Positions 30,359-40,888 of a stretch of 64,000 nt of DNA are shown piece by piece. How positions within the stretch are numbered: the first letter of the stretch is position 1; every line of letters begins with the position of its first letter. Location of the stretch: the IMG/VR virus record IMGVR_UViG_3300047311_000323, positions 96,001 to 160,000 of that record. One strand, written 5' to 3'. Source of the DNA: a virus. The position numbers and the translations under genes were made by a program. The notes beneath the pieces were generated by a model. It saw nothing but the letters and a program-made list of their open reading frames with translations. It was not told the DNA's origin and did no database searches.

Positions 30359-31081
30359 TTATTCTAAGAACAGGCCAACTTTTACCTTGACTCTCTTAAG
30401 AATAACTATATCATCAACTGGGACAGGATTACCATCACACATCTCATGTTCACCAAAGACTAAAGCTCTTGCCTGATCTTCGATTTCCTCTTTAGGGCCA
30501 GAACAGAGTGGCACACCTGCTACAATTAGTAGGAGGGAGTCATCATCCAGGCTCATCAAAACCGGTAATAGGTCTTCTGGATCGGCTGGGTGATGAGTCG
30601 CTTCAACCTCTTGTTCAATGGCTGAAGGAGGATAAACATCATAATGTGGGCGAATATCGGCAGCAGTTGGACCATTTTGGAATCCAAAAGCAGTGTCGCT
30701 CACATAGTCATTATTGTCAACCATTTGCTGATTAGGATCAAATTCCTCGCCAGTCAAATCATCAACGATTTCGCCATCTACGCTTGACCACGTATGTTCC
30801 ATATTGTTGCCCACATTAGGAACGGGCCCTCTTCCTCTACCAACAGGAGAAGTAGTTACCTCAGCATAGGGCTGACGTACTGGAGACCTTCTCGCTCTCG
30901 GGTTATCGAGAGGTAGTTGAGTGGGCCTGGTAGTTTTCGTACCAGGCACCACTGCGCCACCTTGATACTCTTGGGGTTCTTTACCATGAACCTGATACTG
31001 CGGGACATACGGTTTGTATGACGCAGGTTTGCTTCTCTCAGGATTCTTGATAAGTTTTATTTTTCCATCGGTATCAGACAT
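30359..31081 (-). CDS. hypothetical protein
   Basis: 240-aa ORF. Confidence 0.65.
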   Translation of the reverse strand: MSDTDGKIKLIKNPERSKPASYKPYVPQYQVHGKEPQEYQGGAVVPGTKTTRPTQLPLDNPRARRSPVRQPYAEVTTSPVGRGRGPVPNVGNNMEHTWSSVDGEIVDDLTGEEFDPNQQMVDNNDYVSDTAFGFQNGPTAADIRPHYDVYPPSAIEQEVEATHHPADPEDLLPVLMSLDDDSLLLIVAGVPLCSGPKEEIEDQARALVFGEHEMCDGNPVPVDDIVILKRVKVKVGLFLE

Positions 31082-31093
31082 GTTGTTCCCAGA

Positions 31094-31465
31094 TTATTCT
31101 GAGGAGTTACGCTTGTTCTTTCTCTCTTTGCGGTTTTTGGCGTGTTCTGTATGTCTACAGTCACCCTTGCTACAGAGTTCAAGTTGCTTCCTTACGGATT
31201 CGTTGCGCTTTCTCCTACGTTTATCAGATGGTTTCTCGTACGACTGCTTTTCCTTATATGACGAAAGAACTCTTTCTTTCTGCACTAAGGCTCGAAAAGC
31301 TCTTAGAGCTTTATCGAAATTGTTCCCATACACTTTAACTTCGAGGGGTTGGGCTTGCACTGCTTCAATGTGCGAATATTTGTCGTTGACGACGACTGGC
31401 TGCGATTCACCTCCCCTCGGTGCCTTTTTGTAATTCCTCTTACTTCTTCTATTCTGGTCTTTCAT
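31094..31465 (-). CDS. rpsU: ribosomal protein bS21 homolog with N-terminal extension
   Basis: LEVKVYGNNFDKALRAFR..VQKE.VL..YKEKQSYEKPSDKRRRKR. Confidence 0.85.
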   Translation of the reverse strand: MKDQNRRSKRNYKKAPRGGESQPVVVNDKYSHIEAVQAQPLEVKVYGNNFDKALRAFRALVQKERVLSSYKEKQSYEKPSDKRRRKRNESVRKQLELCSKGDCRHTEHAKNRKERKNKRNSSE

Positions 31466-31487
31466 TTAGAAAACACTATTAACCTTT

Positions 31488-32804
31488 TCACTTAAAGTAT
31501 TTATCGATATTAACGGAACCGCCATTCAATAGATTTTTGTCTTTGACTAGTCGGTTAAGGGCATTCTGTACATCTTTATTGGTTGGCTTTTTGCGATTAT
31601 GTGCTAAAGCTTCAAACATAGCAGAGATATACAATTCTTTTAAGTAAGCATAAGAAAACTCGTACTTGGCTGCGTATTTGGATAATTCCCTACACTGTTG
31701 AGCAGTGATGAGAGTTCCAAACCATCTCTTTAGATATATATAAGCCATTTCAGCATTTGGTAGAGGAATCTCGAATTTTCTGTCAAATCGTGAAGGTCTA
31801 TCAGTAATGTTAGTCTTCAGTTTTTTGACTTCGTTCGCAGTTGCAATAACCAGCAAACCGTTTTTCGCTGAGATGCCGTCCATCAAATTAAGGAAGGAAG
31901 AGATGTCTACGCTCTTCTCAAGTAACGAGTCTAAGTCTTCAAAGTAAAGCAGCGAAGGACTTTGTTCCTCCGCATAAGAGAAAGCTTCGCGCACTGCTTC
32001 ATCATTAGCTCCCGCTACGATGGTGACAGGTTTGAAATTGTATTGGGAGATGATGGTCCTGATGATAGAGGTCTTACCGTTACCCGGCTTACCATACAAC
32101 AAGATACCACGCTTCCAGGGGATTCGATTTTCTAGATAGAAATCCTTAGAGGCCAAGAAGTTCTCAACCAAGCCCCGGACTTCGTTCTTAATCGTCTCCG
32201 GCAAGAATAAATCTTCCCAAGAATGATCTTTGGTATAAGGAATGTCATCGCCCTCAATTACACGGATGTGTAGATTGCTGCGATCTCGTTCCTGAACCCA
32301 GTCGTCAAACTGATTACGGAACTTGACATAAGCCTCATAGTTCTTCTGAGAGACAAGTACGAAGAAACTGATTTCATCTTCCTGCTGATTGCCCTTGTGG
32401 AACAAAGCGCAGTGTAAGAATTCCAGTCCCTTGTACTTGATGAGGAAAACACCTTGCACGAAGAACTTTTCAAAATCATGCTCAGTGGTCCAAGAGATGT
32501 TTGAGTCTTTATACAAAGCCTCTACGGTTACACCGTTCTCTTCAGCAAATTGAAGAAACTGACCATCAATGATAATTCGATTGTGAATGAACTTCTCTAA
32601 ACGGTCCCTACTCTTCAAGAATAGAGAAAATTGCTTTACTGCCCAATCCATCAGATCAATGAAATTTGCTGGTGGCCTTGGATATTTCTCGTTTAGAACA
32701 AACTTGCCAGATGGCTCTAATTTAGCCAATCTCTCTGGTGAGAGGTGTTCCTGCTGCTCCGAGATTTCCGGAGTCAAGTAAGACTCTTCTTTATGAGTTG
32801 TCAT
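31488..32804 (-). CDS. AAA+ ATPase (BCS1-like)
   Basis: PWKRGILLYGKPGNGKTS, LYFEDLD, FLNLMDG and RPSRFDRK. Confidence 0.88.
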   Translation of the reverse strand: MTTHKEESYLTPEISEQQEHLSPERLAKLEPSGKFVLNEKYPRPPANFIDLMDWAVKQFSLFLKSRDRLEKFIHNRIIIDGQFLQFAEENGVTVEALYKDSNISWTTEHDFEKFFVQGVFLIKYKGLEFLHCALFHKGNQQEDEISFFVLVSQKNYEAYVKFRNQFDDWVQERDRSNLHIRVIEGDDIPYTKDHSWEDLFLPETIKNEVRGLVENFLASKDFYLENRIPWKRGILLYGKPGNGKTSIIRTIISQYNFKPVTIVAGANDEAVREAFSYAEEQSPSLLYFEDLDSLLEKSVDISSFLNLMDGISAKNGLLVIATANEVKKLKTNITDRPSRFDRKFEIPLPNAEMAYIYLKRWFGTLITAQQCRELSKYAAKYEFSYAYLKELYISAMFEALAHNRKKPTNKDVQNALNRLVKDKNLLNGGSVNIDKYFK

Positions 32805-32828
32805 GTATCAATTGTACTCGTTCTTTCA

Positions 32829-34622
32829 TTAAGCAACATTTGCAGTCGTTGGAGAGGCAATATTCACAGTGTGTTTACACTTTGGATATCCAGAGCATCC
32901 CCAGAACTTACCAGTCTTCGTAGTACGCACTGACATGGGGCTGCCACACTTCGGGCACATATTCGCACCATGTCCAAGATATGCCTTATCCAATTCTTTC
33001 TTGAATTCTGGATAAAACTTTTTCAACATATCGATATGATTAACTTTACCGCTTTCAATTTCATCAAGCTGCTGCTCCATCTTGGCAGTGTAATCATAGT
33101 CCATGAAGGTAAAGAATTGCTGCAACTCGTCGGTAATCTTCTTACCCAAATCAGTTGCATGGAACACACTACCCTTCTTCTCCACATAGTTACGATTCGT
33201 AATCTTGCTGAGAAGGTCAGCGTAAGTAGCCGGGCGACCAATGTTCTTGCTAACTAGCTCTTTGATGAGTTTGTCTTCAGAATAGCGCGCAGGCGGCTGA
33301 GTAGATTTCTTTTCCATTCTAACAGGGATTTTTCCTGACAGGTTAAGATCATCTCCAACAGCGAGAGATGGAATTTCAATTTTGCTATCGTCAGAGATTT
33401 CCAGGACTTCCAAGAATCCCTTTTCTTTAAGAGCTTTACCTGCCGCTTTAACTTCAGCAGCTTTATTGCCTTTGACATGAGCAGTCACTTTCAGTGTATT
33501 GTACAATGCCGGCATCATCTGGCTGGCGATGAACTGCTTCCAGATAACTTCATAGACCAACTTCTCGTCAGGATCTATCATAGCATAGTTATTGTTTGGT
33601 TCTAACGTCAAGTCAGATGGACGAATACACTCGTGAGCATCCTGAGACGCATCTTTGTTCTTGTAAGCATAAGCCTTCTTTGGAACAATGTACTTCTTAT
33701 CCTTAATCCAGGTGCGGACTTCTTCCAGAGCTTCATCACCAACTCTTACCGAGTCGGTCCTGATGTAGGTGCAGTAACCATTCTCGTAAAGAGACTGGGC
33801 AGCCTTCATGGTGCGGTCAGCACTGAATCCATGCTCTTTAGACATGATTCGCTGAAGTGTAGAAGTTACCAGGGGCGGCTGAGGGTACTTAGCCTCTTCC
33901 TGGGCTACAACCTCGGAGACAACGTATGAATTTACGTTCAACATGCTCTTGGCGGCTTGGGCATCTTTGTCATTGGTTGGGCGGCCTGAGAACTTGGTAG
34001 CAAACTCAGTCTTACCATCTTTGGACAACATAACCTGGATAGTCCAGAATTCCTCTGGAACGAAAACCTCAATCTCTCGCTCGCGGTCAATAACCATACG
34101 AGTTACTACGGACTGCACTCGACCAGCCGACAACTTGGGGCCAATGCAGTTCATTAGGAATGGAGACGCCATGAATCCTACCAAACGGTCTAGGATACGG
34201 CGGGCTTCCTGAGAATGAAAGAGGTCGATATCTACATCTCTAGGGGAGGCGACCGCTTTCTTAATCTTATCCTTCTTGATTTCGTTGAAGACAACCCTCT
34301 TGATTGGGAGGCCGGTATCCTTGAGGCGCTCTTGGAGATGCCAAGCAATGGCTTCACCCTCACGATCAGGGTCGCTTGCGATTAGAATGTTATCGCACTT
34401 CTTGGTAGCTTTGAGCAGCATATCAAGGGTATCTACCTTGTCTTCCTGTAAAACATAGTGCGGCCGGAAGTCTTTCTCAACATCCACTCCCAAACCAAAT
34501 CGTCCGCCCTTAGCCAAGTCAGTAATGTGGCCTTTGCTTGCCAGCACCACATAGTCTTTGCCGAGGTACTCTTGAATTTTCTCAGCCTTAGCTGGAGATT
34601 CTACGATAACTAATGTCTTCAT
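32829..34622 (-). CDS. topA: DNA topoisomerase IA
   Basis: LVIVESPAKA, ASDPDREGE, SAGRVQS, catalytic TYIRTDS, IGRPATYA and one C-terminal Zn ribbon. Confidence 0.96.
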   Translation of the reverse strand: MKTLVIVESPAKAEKIQEYLGKDYVVLASKGHITDLAKGGRFGLGVDVEKDFRPHYVLQEDKVDTLDMLLKATKKCDNILIASDPDREGEAIAWHLQERLKDTGLPIKRVVFNEIKKDKIKKAVASPRDVDIDLFHSQEARRILDRLVGFMASPFLMNCIGPKLSAGRVQSVVTRMVIDREREIEVFVPEEFWTIQVMLSKDGKTEFATKFSGRPTNDKDAQAAKSMLNVNSYVVSEVVAQEEAKYPQPPLVTSTLQRIMSKEHGFSADRTMKAAQSLYENGYCTYIRTDSVRVGDEALEEVRTWIKDKKYIVPKKAYAYKNKDASQDAHECIRPSDLTLEPNNNYAMIDPDEKLVYEVIWKQFIASQMMPALYNTLKVTAHVKGNKAAEVKAAGKALKEKGFLEVLEISDDSKIEIPSLAVGDDLNLSGKIPVRMEKKSTQPPARYSEDKLIKELVSKNIGRPATYADLLSKITNRNYVEKKGSVFHATDLGKKITDELQQFFTFMDYDYTAKMEQQLDEIESGKVNHIDMLKKFYPEFKKELDKAYLGHGANMCPKCGSPMSVRTTKTGKFWGCSGYPKCKHTVNIASPTTANVA

Positions 34623-34657
34623 TTTTACCAAGTCTTTCAATATTCTCGTATCATCCT

Positions 34658-35104
34658 ATGGATGTCTTTCACAAGAACATTACTAGTTTTTTCGATGAAC
34701 TATTAAACGATCTTCGTTGCCAACGAGATACGAAAGCCTACATCGTTAGCATTTACGGAAAATACAAGACCGCCGAGTTCGATCTATCACAAGATAGTGT
34801 CACTCTCCGGTTTGCGCAAGCCCGCAATAAACAAGATTTTTTGACCTACCAAAATTTGGGAGATTGGATTTTTTTCGCTAATACTTTGGCGCCTAATCAC
34901 CTTCATCATGCCAGTAAAGAATATTACGACACAGTCGCTAGACTTTCCTATTATTCATGCTACAAGCTAATCAATCGTCAATGGAAATTGTTTGAAGAAT
35001 TGGCAGACGACTTCCATACCTTAGAGGAACAGGTTCGCCAGCGCCTTCCTAAACTTAATAAACAAACTTCTGAGGGTATTTATATCGGCCCTTTCGATTC
35101 GTAA
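34658..35104 (+). CDS. hypothetical protein
   Basis: Isolated plus-strand ORF filling the gap between topA and the next gene; ATG 34658. Confidence 0.65.
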   Translation: MDVFHKNITSFFDELLNDLRCQRDTKAYIVSIYGKYKTAEFDLSQDSVTLRFAQARNKQDFLTYQNLGDWIFFANTLAPNHLHHASKEYYDTVARLSYYSCYKLINRQWKLFEELADDFHTLEEQVRQRLPKLNKQTSEGIYIGPFDS

Positions 35105-35546
35105 TTTCAGGACGTTTCTTTACCGATTTATCATTGAAAGCCCAGACCGTTGCGCCACATTCGCAACCAACGTATTCTACTACGTTATCGCGGTCCATAG
35201 CTTCTATGCCATGTGATTTATGTAGGGCTGGACTATACGACTTAGCTTCGATGGCAAAGGAAAGGTCCCCCAAATTATGGAAGTATCTGGGCTGAAACTC
35301 CTGGTACCAGTTTGATACCATTCTCTTTACCCACTTTTTAGCAAACTTGGAGTAAATCAAGAAGTGCTTAATCTCTTTCCACTTGAAAGGCTGCATACTA
35401 GCATAGTAGTAATCTGGGCCCTTTCCGCATTCTTTACAGATAGCACGTGGTAAAAAGGTGGATGAGATATTGATTCTCACTACTTCTTGTTTAGAATTCA
35501 TGATTAAAGCCATTGCGCGATTAAGTTCTTTAGTCCTACTGTCCAT
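35055..35546 (-). CDS. hypothetical protein with Cys pairs
   Basis: CKEC and CECG. Confidence 0.6.
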   Translation of the reverse strand: MDSRTKELNRAMALIMNSKQEVVRINISSTFLPRAICKECGKGPDYYYASMQPFKWKEIKHFLIYSKFAKKWVKRMVSNWYQEFQPRYFHNLGDLSFAIEAKSYSPALHKSHGIEAMDRDNVVEYVGCECGATVWAFNDKSVKKRPEITNRKGRYKYPQKFVY

Positions 35547-36906
35547 TAATCAGTTGCCTCGCCCTTTCCACAATCTTCTTACGAATCCTATTAACATAGG
35601 CCATACCACCCATTTGATAGTGGGGAGGTACTCGAAGATGTGTTACAGTAACCGTTGTGCCCGGTCTTACGTCCTGCATATAAATCTTGGAAAATGTATA
35701 CTCTTTAACTTTAGATAGAAGAGAGTTCTTTGTATCTTGCTCAATTACATTAAGCAGCTTCCCAATGTAATATGGTTTGGCGTAAGTTCCCTTCCTACCA
35801 CCAATGTAGAAATCTTCAGTCCCATTTTTAACAACTAGCTTTTCATTCACCATGCCGTCAAAAATTGATATCTCATCAAAAATGCCAAGGTTAGCATCCA
35901 TCAATGTATCTATCTTCACTGGCTTTCTATTCTTGATCACAACAAACGGCAAAGACGCCTCTAACAAGGAAACATACTCTTGAAATACCTTGTGTTGAAA
36001 CCCCATATGACTATCAGTAGTATTTAGCAGATAGGCGACCATCTCCTCTGGGGATCTCTCCAAAAGATTGCCAAAAGCCAAGTAAACACATTGTTTATGT
36101 CTTACTGTCGCATTAGAGCTGCTGTACGCCGCATTGTTGCTTTGGGTTTCGATAATCTCTTTGATCTTCTCTACTTTGTCTTGTAAATCTTCAGCAATCT
36201 CTAGTTGGGTGTGGATATCAACGTCACGTGATTGAATGTTGTCTTTCAACGAAAAACCATCATGTGACGCATCCAGAATCAACTTCTCTGGGTTAGACTT
36301 AGAGGTGGGATGATGCATTTTACTCATCTCACTAACGGAACCAGAAAAGAAACAATCGAAATACGGACAAGAAACCGTATATGAATTATCTATCGGATGC
36401 GGGATGAATCTCTCACAATCCAGACATCGATATCCATTTTTATTATGACGATAGAATGCTCTAAAGAAATACGCACGCTTTGGATCGTTTATGTTGTTCT
36501 TTAGCTCTAGCTCACACTCATCACAATATAGTACTTTGTTGAAAAACAAAACCGAATATTCTTTGCCCAAGAAAACACATCCTGGGCAGATATACTCGGC
36601 TTTATGTTTGAGGTTCGGGGCAGCTAGCTTTTTACAAAAAGCGTTGACTATATAGAAGAGGTAATCATTGATCTCATCAATTGGGGAGCCATTGTTGATG
36701 AACGTAACAGAGCCAGTTCTCAACTCATCTTTCAGCTCTTCGATTAGAGCGCGCAAAGATAGTTGATTACCACTCTTGAAATGAATACGATGTAGGGTGG
36801 CAATTCCTTGTTCGCGTTCTCTTAGGAAATCTTCCACCAGAGAATCAACGTCCATTAAATTGAGCGAGCTTACAACAGCTTCCATTAGACTCCGAAAACT
36901 TGACAC
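35536..36906 (-). CDS. hypothetical multi-zinc-ribbon protein (TAG stop, backup TAA at 35530-35532)
   Basis: 456-aa ORF with CPGC, CDEC, CLDC and CPYFDC. Confidence 0.75.
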   Translation of the reverse strand: MSSFRSLMEAVVSSLNLMDVDSLVEDFLREREQGIATLHRIHFKSGNQLSLRALIEELKDELRTGSVTFINNGSPIDEINDYLFYIVNAFCKKLAAPNLKHKAEYICPGCVFLGKEYSVLFFNKVLYCDECELELKNNINDPKRAYFFRAFYRHNKNGYRCLDCERFIPHPIDNSYTVSCPYFDCFFSGSVSEMSKMHHPTSKSNPEKLILDASHDGFSLKDNIQSRDVDIHTQLEIAEDLQDKVEKIKEIIETQSNNAAYSSSNATVRHKQCVYLAFGNLLERSPEEMVAYLLNTTDSHMGFQHKVFQEYVSLLEASLPFVVIKNRKPVKIDTLMDANLGIFDEISIFDGMVNEKLVVKNGTEDFYIGGRKGTYAKPYYIGKLLNVIEQDTKNSLLSKVKEYTFSKIYMQDVRPGTTVTVTHLRVPPHYQMGGMAYVNRIRKKIVERARQLINGQ

Positions 36907-37868
36907 ACTTCAGTTGCGTTTGTATATGCCACCTGGAAACGCTCCATATTGCGTAAGTTATCGCGCAACAGGGCATCGCCCCTTCCTAACAAATTCTCAG
37001 CGCCTACACTATCCAGAATTACCTTGGAATCAACATGACTTGCAACTTTGCAAGCAATCCGAGCTGGGAAATTCGCTTTGATAGCCCCATTGACAACATT
37101 TACGGAGGGACGCTGCGTAGATAGTAGAATGCTCATGCGAGCGGCTCGACACTTCTGTGCCAAACGGCAAAGGCGTTCAAAAAACATATCACCCTTGTCT
37201 TGCATGATTAGGTCGGCAAACTCATCAATGATAATTAGAATTGGTTTTAGACTTTGAGGACTCCAACCAGCCCGGAGCTTTTCATACCTGTCCTCCATGA
37301 TTTCGTTCATGTTAGCAAGAAGCTCAATCACATCATCATAGTTATGATAGACTTGAGTATTACGAACTCCTTGATACTGACCAAACTCAATGCGCTTAGG
37401 GTCAATTAAGTACAGGTCTGCATCATTGTAGTTAAACACGTTGGCAATGATATTGTGCAACAATGTACTCTTACCAGAACCGGTAGTTCCAGCAACCAAA
37501 CAATGTGGATTGTCGAGCAAGTCAGTCCAAATCTTGGACCCGTCAACCGTCTGCCCTAGCAAGCAAACAAGGCCCCCAGAGGGAACATCATCATTCGTAA
37601 AGATATCAAACAGCTTGAGAGGCTTCTCACGAGGTGAGGCAAATTCCACACGAACAACACCTTGCTCGTGGAGAACTTTGATGCTCGGCTTGCTCTTCTT
37701 TAGGGCAAGCGAAATTTCATCACCATACTTCTGAATCTCCCGCACCTTAGCACGAGGGTGTAGTTTGAGATCGTAATACACATAGTTATCAACCTGATGC
37801 ATACTCAGACAAGTAGCCTTGATGTTGAAACTGCTTAGAATATGATTGAATTCTTGAACGGTGTCCAT
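36885..37868 (-). CDS. FtsK/SpoIIIE-family ATPase lacking a membrane domain
   Basis: PHCLVAGTTGSGKS, LIDPKRIEF, IIIDEFADL, AQKCRAA, TQRPS, RIA.KV and AENLLGRGD. Confidence 0.88.
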   Translation of the reverse strand: MDTVQEFNHILSSFNIKATCLSMHQVDNYVYYDLKLHPRAKVREIQKYGDEISLALKKSKPSIKVLHEQGVVRVEFASPREKPLKLFDIFTNDDVPSGGLVCLLGQTVDGSKIWTDLLDNPHCLVAGTTGSGKSTLLHNIIANVFNYNDADLYLIDPKRIEFGQYQGVRNTQVYHNYDDVIELLANMNEIMEDRYEKLRAGWSPQSLKPILIIIDEFADLIMQDKGDMFFERLCRLAQKCRAARMSILLSTQRPSVNVVNGAIKANFPARIACKVASHVDSKVILDSVGAENLLGRGDALLRDNLRNMERFQVAYTNATEVCQVFGV

Positions 37869-37914
37869 GTTCTACCCGTCAATATAATCCTACAAATAAA
37901 GAATGCAAGGGGTA

Positions 37915-38319
37915 TTAGAATTTTACAAATAGCCCGGTTTTTTCAGCAATAATTTTGCGAAGGTCATTTAGTGTAGGTTTTACTAATCCTACCGACTGCC
38001 CGACCTTCAACTCCATGGAGTCTACTGTTCCATGGGGAAGCTCAACGACCAAATCACTTACTTGAGTTCCGACGACCTGAGTAGAGTGAGGTTCGCCGTA
38101 ACAAATCTCAGCGACTTTACCCTTGTGACAAAACACAATGTCGAGTGGGCTCGGCGTGTTCTTCATCCAAAATCTATTAACGCTTGGGTAAGCATAGATG
38201 AACGACATCACGGGGGGTGGCCACTCTTGATGCATAAGTCCCTTCTGCTGCTCTTCAGACGAAATGGCTAGCAAGGTTGGGAAGACGTTATTGTGGATGT
38301 AGATGTAACCCTGTTCCAT
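37915..38319 (-). CDS. DUF192 family protein
   Basis: QQKGLM, FWMKNTPSPLDIVF and VVELPHG. Confidence 0.85.
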   Translation of the reverse strand: MEQGYIYIHNNVFPTLLAISSEEQQKGLMHQEWPPPVMSFIYAYPSVNRFWMKNTPSPLDIVFCHKGKVAEICYGEPHSTQVVGTQVSDLVVELPHGTVDSMELKVGQSVGLVKPTLNDLRKIIAEKTGLFVKF

Positions 38320-38325
38320 ATGTCC

Positions 38326-39711
38326 TTAGAAGAATGAATTCGAGGCCATCTCTGGCTTCTCGGAAAAGTACAGGGCCCTAGTCATCGTGCGCAATGCGGA
38401 CATTTGACGATTAACTTTAGAGATAGCTTCTGATAGTTTCTCTTGATCAAAACCCGCTTCCAAAAGATCCATCACTGCATCTAAATCTTGTCTTAGAGTT
38501 TCGATTAGATTGTAAACTTCTAGTCTAGCACCGGAGGTAGCTCCAGGAATTAGCTGATGTCTAGTCTTACCAAATGACTGAGCTTGTTTTTGTGGAAGGC
38601 TTTTGTGCTGCTGTACAATGTCTTTGAAAGACTGCCCGCTGGTACCTAACTCTTGGTTGGTTGCACCTACGGCTGAATTGTAAGACATCTGTAGAGCGTC
38701 AAGTTCTTTAGAGGTTGGCTTCCTACTTTTGGGACGAGCTTTCAATTGCTCCATTGCGGAAACAAAAGCTCCGAACTGAGGATTCTTAGAAATGGCACCA
38801 ATATAGTTTGCATTGGCCTGGTAGTCTTGAACTATGTTTGCAGCATCGGAAGCAGTGGGCATTTCTCCTGGTGGAGCGCCTACTTCTTCTGGATCGCGGC
38901 CTTCATCGATAGCTCTTTGTCTTCTTGACTCTGGGTCTTCAATTACGCCACCAGGTTCTTTTACCTCTCCTGGCCTGAGAGCCTTGTAAGAACTAAAAAG
39001 TCTGTTGACAATGTTCCAATAATTCCAAACTGAGGTCATCATCTTATGAGAGCTTTCAATACTGCTGCCAGATGACTTCACAATTTCTTTGTGTAGGGCC
39101 TTGAGAGTCTTGTAAGCCTTTGCGCAGTTATCTAACATCGTCATGCGTAAACGACGCATACGGGCAGCTTCTCCAAATCCATATTTAGGATTGAATAGTC
39201 TGGTAACAAAACGGGTAACTGGATTAGAGGCTTGTGACTCCAAAGAGTATTTTTCCTCCATCTCAATAGCTAGCTTAATCAGCTCAGATTTTTTGATTGA
39301 AGCCTCTAGTCCCAGAGATAATTGCTTGGACAAATCTTGTTGTGGTTTTGGTGCCTCTGCGGCTGGAGGAGCTTTGCCAGGCTCTGGAAGTGGTAAATTC
39401 AATTGCTTAGGTTGTCTCTGACGACGATTCTTAGCGTACTCTAGCTGCTCTTGAATAACAGAATTGCCCTTGTTGACCAACTCTTGGAAATCACCCGACA
39501 AAGAACCAATGATAGTTGCAGGATCGGCTGGAATAGGCGTAGTAATACGAGAACGTTCCTTGAAAAACTTAGAAGGCCAACCATTCATTGTCTTTTTGAA
39601 GTGAATCAAATCGTTAATGAAAGTCGACACTTCTTTGTTCCAAGAAGCCTTGTTTTGTCGTAATCTCTCCTGAACTGGGTCAGTGGATGGTCTGCGCGCA
39701 GTCTTTTCCAT
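38326..39711 (-). CDS. hypothetical protein
   Basis: 461-aa ORF. Confidence 0.75.
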   Translation of the reverse strand: MEKTARRPSTDPVQERLRQNKASWNKEVSTFINDLIHFKKTMNGWPSKFFKERSRITTPIPADPATIIGSLSGDFQELVNKGNSVIQEQLEYAKNRRQRQPKQLNLPLPEPGKAPPAAEAPKPQQDLSKQLSLGLEASIKKSELIKLAIEMEEKYSLESQASNPVTRFVTRLFNPKYGFGEAARMRRLRMTMLDNCAKAYKTLKALHKEIVKSSGSSIESSHKMMTSVWNYWNIVNRLFSSYKALRPGEVKEPGGVIEDPESRRQRAIDEGRDPEEVGAPPGEMPTASDAANIVQDYQANANYIGAISKNPQFGAFVSAMEQLKARPKSRKPTSKELDALQMSYNSAVGATNQELGTSGQSFKDIVQQHKSLPQKQAQSFGKTRHQLIPGATSGARLEVYNLIETLRQDLDAVMDLLEAGFDQEKLSEAISKVNRQMSALRTMTRALYFSEKPEMASNSFF

Positions 39712-39731
39712 GAAAAGATATGTAATTATTG

Positions 39732-40178
39732 CTATTTGATGATTTGAACCGTCTTTTTCTTAAGGGTTCCTAGCCTAAGATTTCTTTTTGCTTTTCGTTC
39801 CTCTGACAGCTTCTTTTCCAGTTTCTGGTTAAAACTGACGATTGCTTGCCAAGAAAACCCTAATCTGTTGTCTAAATCACCTTCGTGAAGCCCAATGATA
39901 AATCCAGTATTATCAATACTGTAAGAATCAATAGAAATTCGTTGGTACCCCTGATCTTCTAACAAGGATACCAACGACTCCACAACATCACTCCAACAAA
40001 TCCGACCTCCGCTTTTAGGGGAGGATCTTTTAAGAGTAGCTTTGTAACCTGCTTGTGGTAACAAACTATCACAAAGCTTCTTAAAGTCTTCTAATGTAGT
40101 ACCTTCGGGACCACTAAAGAAATAGTGCTCCTGCCAGTCGTAGTCAGAATATACTAGGTCAAAAACGTTGTCGCTCAT
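39732..40178 (-). CDS. hypothetical protein (TAG stop, backup TAA at 39726-39728)
   Basis: ORF overlapping the upstream gene's stop. Confidence 0.65.
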   Translation of the reverse strand: MSDNVFDLVYSDYDWQEHYFFSGPEGTTLEDFKKLCDSLLPQAGYKATLKRSSPKSGGRICWSDVVESLVSLLEDQGYQRISIDSYSIDNTGFIIGLHEGDLDNRLGFSWQAIVSFNQKLEKKLSEERKAKRNLRLGTLKKKTVQIIK

Positions 40179-40888
40179 CTCTTTAAGTTATCTATCACCT
40201 GCTGACATTTTTCCAAAGAAAACACATTACCAGTGCGCACTCCAGATTCCATATCAATATAGTATCGCTTATTATTCGTATTGTTGCTTTCAATCAAATC
40301 AACAATCTTAGCTACATTCTCTGGCTTAATTCCGCCAGCATAACCAGTGAAATGCGTTTCATCAGGTGCAACTATCTCTGTAATCTCTCTGCCAAAACCA
40401 CCGGACCCATCATGCAAAATGTTGATAGGAAAGATGTTCCCTTTGAGAAATACTTCCATGAACTTAGCTTTAGTCTTGTTTTGCTGCAAGATAATCGAAT
40501 GACCATATTGCTTTAGTACCGACCAAAGACGTTCCGACAGTTTAAGATGATCTGGGTAATCCTTGATATTCAGATTCAGTTGAATGCGCTGAGCTTTTTC
40601 ACAAAGCTCCATAACGTCTTTCTCTTTTTCCAAATACCTTTCAATCACCGAGCCGCAAAGATGAAGAGAGCTGTGTACGTAAGTAGTGGCAGCGCTCTTC
40701 TCTAAGAACTCTTTACAGAATTTGTAAGAGGGGTATCTGTCGTAGTTACCAACTGATTTAGAATCGCTAAACAGAACACTCCACTCTACGAATCCTAGCC
40801 CCGCATAAGCGTTACTAATTCGTTCAAGCTCGGCAAAGTTGGTCTTTTCATCTACGCCAACAAATGATACCAGAGATAGATTTTTCAT
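40175..40888 (-). CDS. TIM-barrel protein, phosphoribosylanthranilate isomerase-like
   Basis: FVGVD, EWSVL, SLHLCG, IQLN, LHDGSGGFG, GYAGGI.PENV and IDMESGVR. Confidence 0.6.
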   Translation of the reverse strand: MKNLSLVSFVGVDEKTNFAELERISNAYAGLGFVEWSVLFSDSKSVGNYDRYPSYKFCKEFLEKSAATTYVHSSLHLCGSVIERYLEKEKDVMELCEKAQRIQLNLNIKDYPDHLKLSERLWSVLKQYGHSIILQQNKTKAKFMEVFLKGNIFPINILHDGSGGFGREITEIVAPDETHFTGYAGGIKPENVAKIVDLIESNNTNNKRYYIDMESGVRTGNVFSLEKCQQVIDNLKR

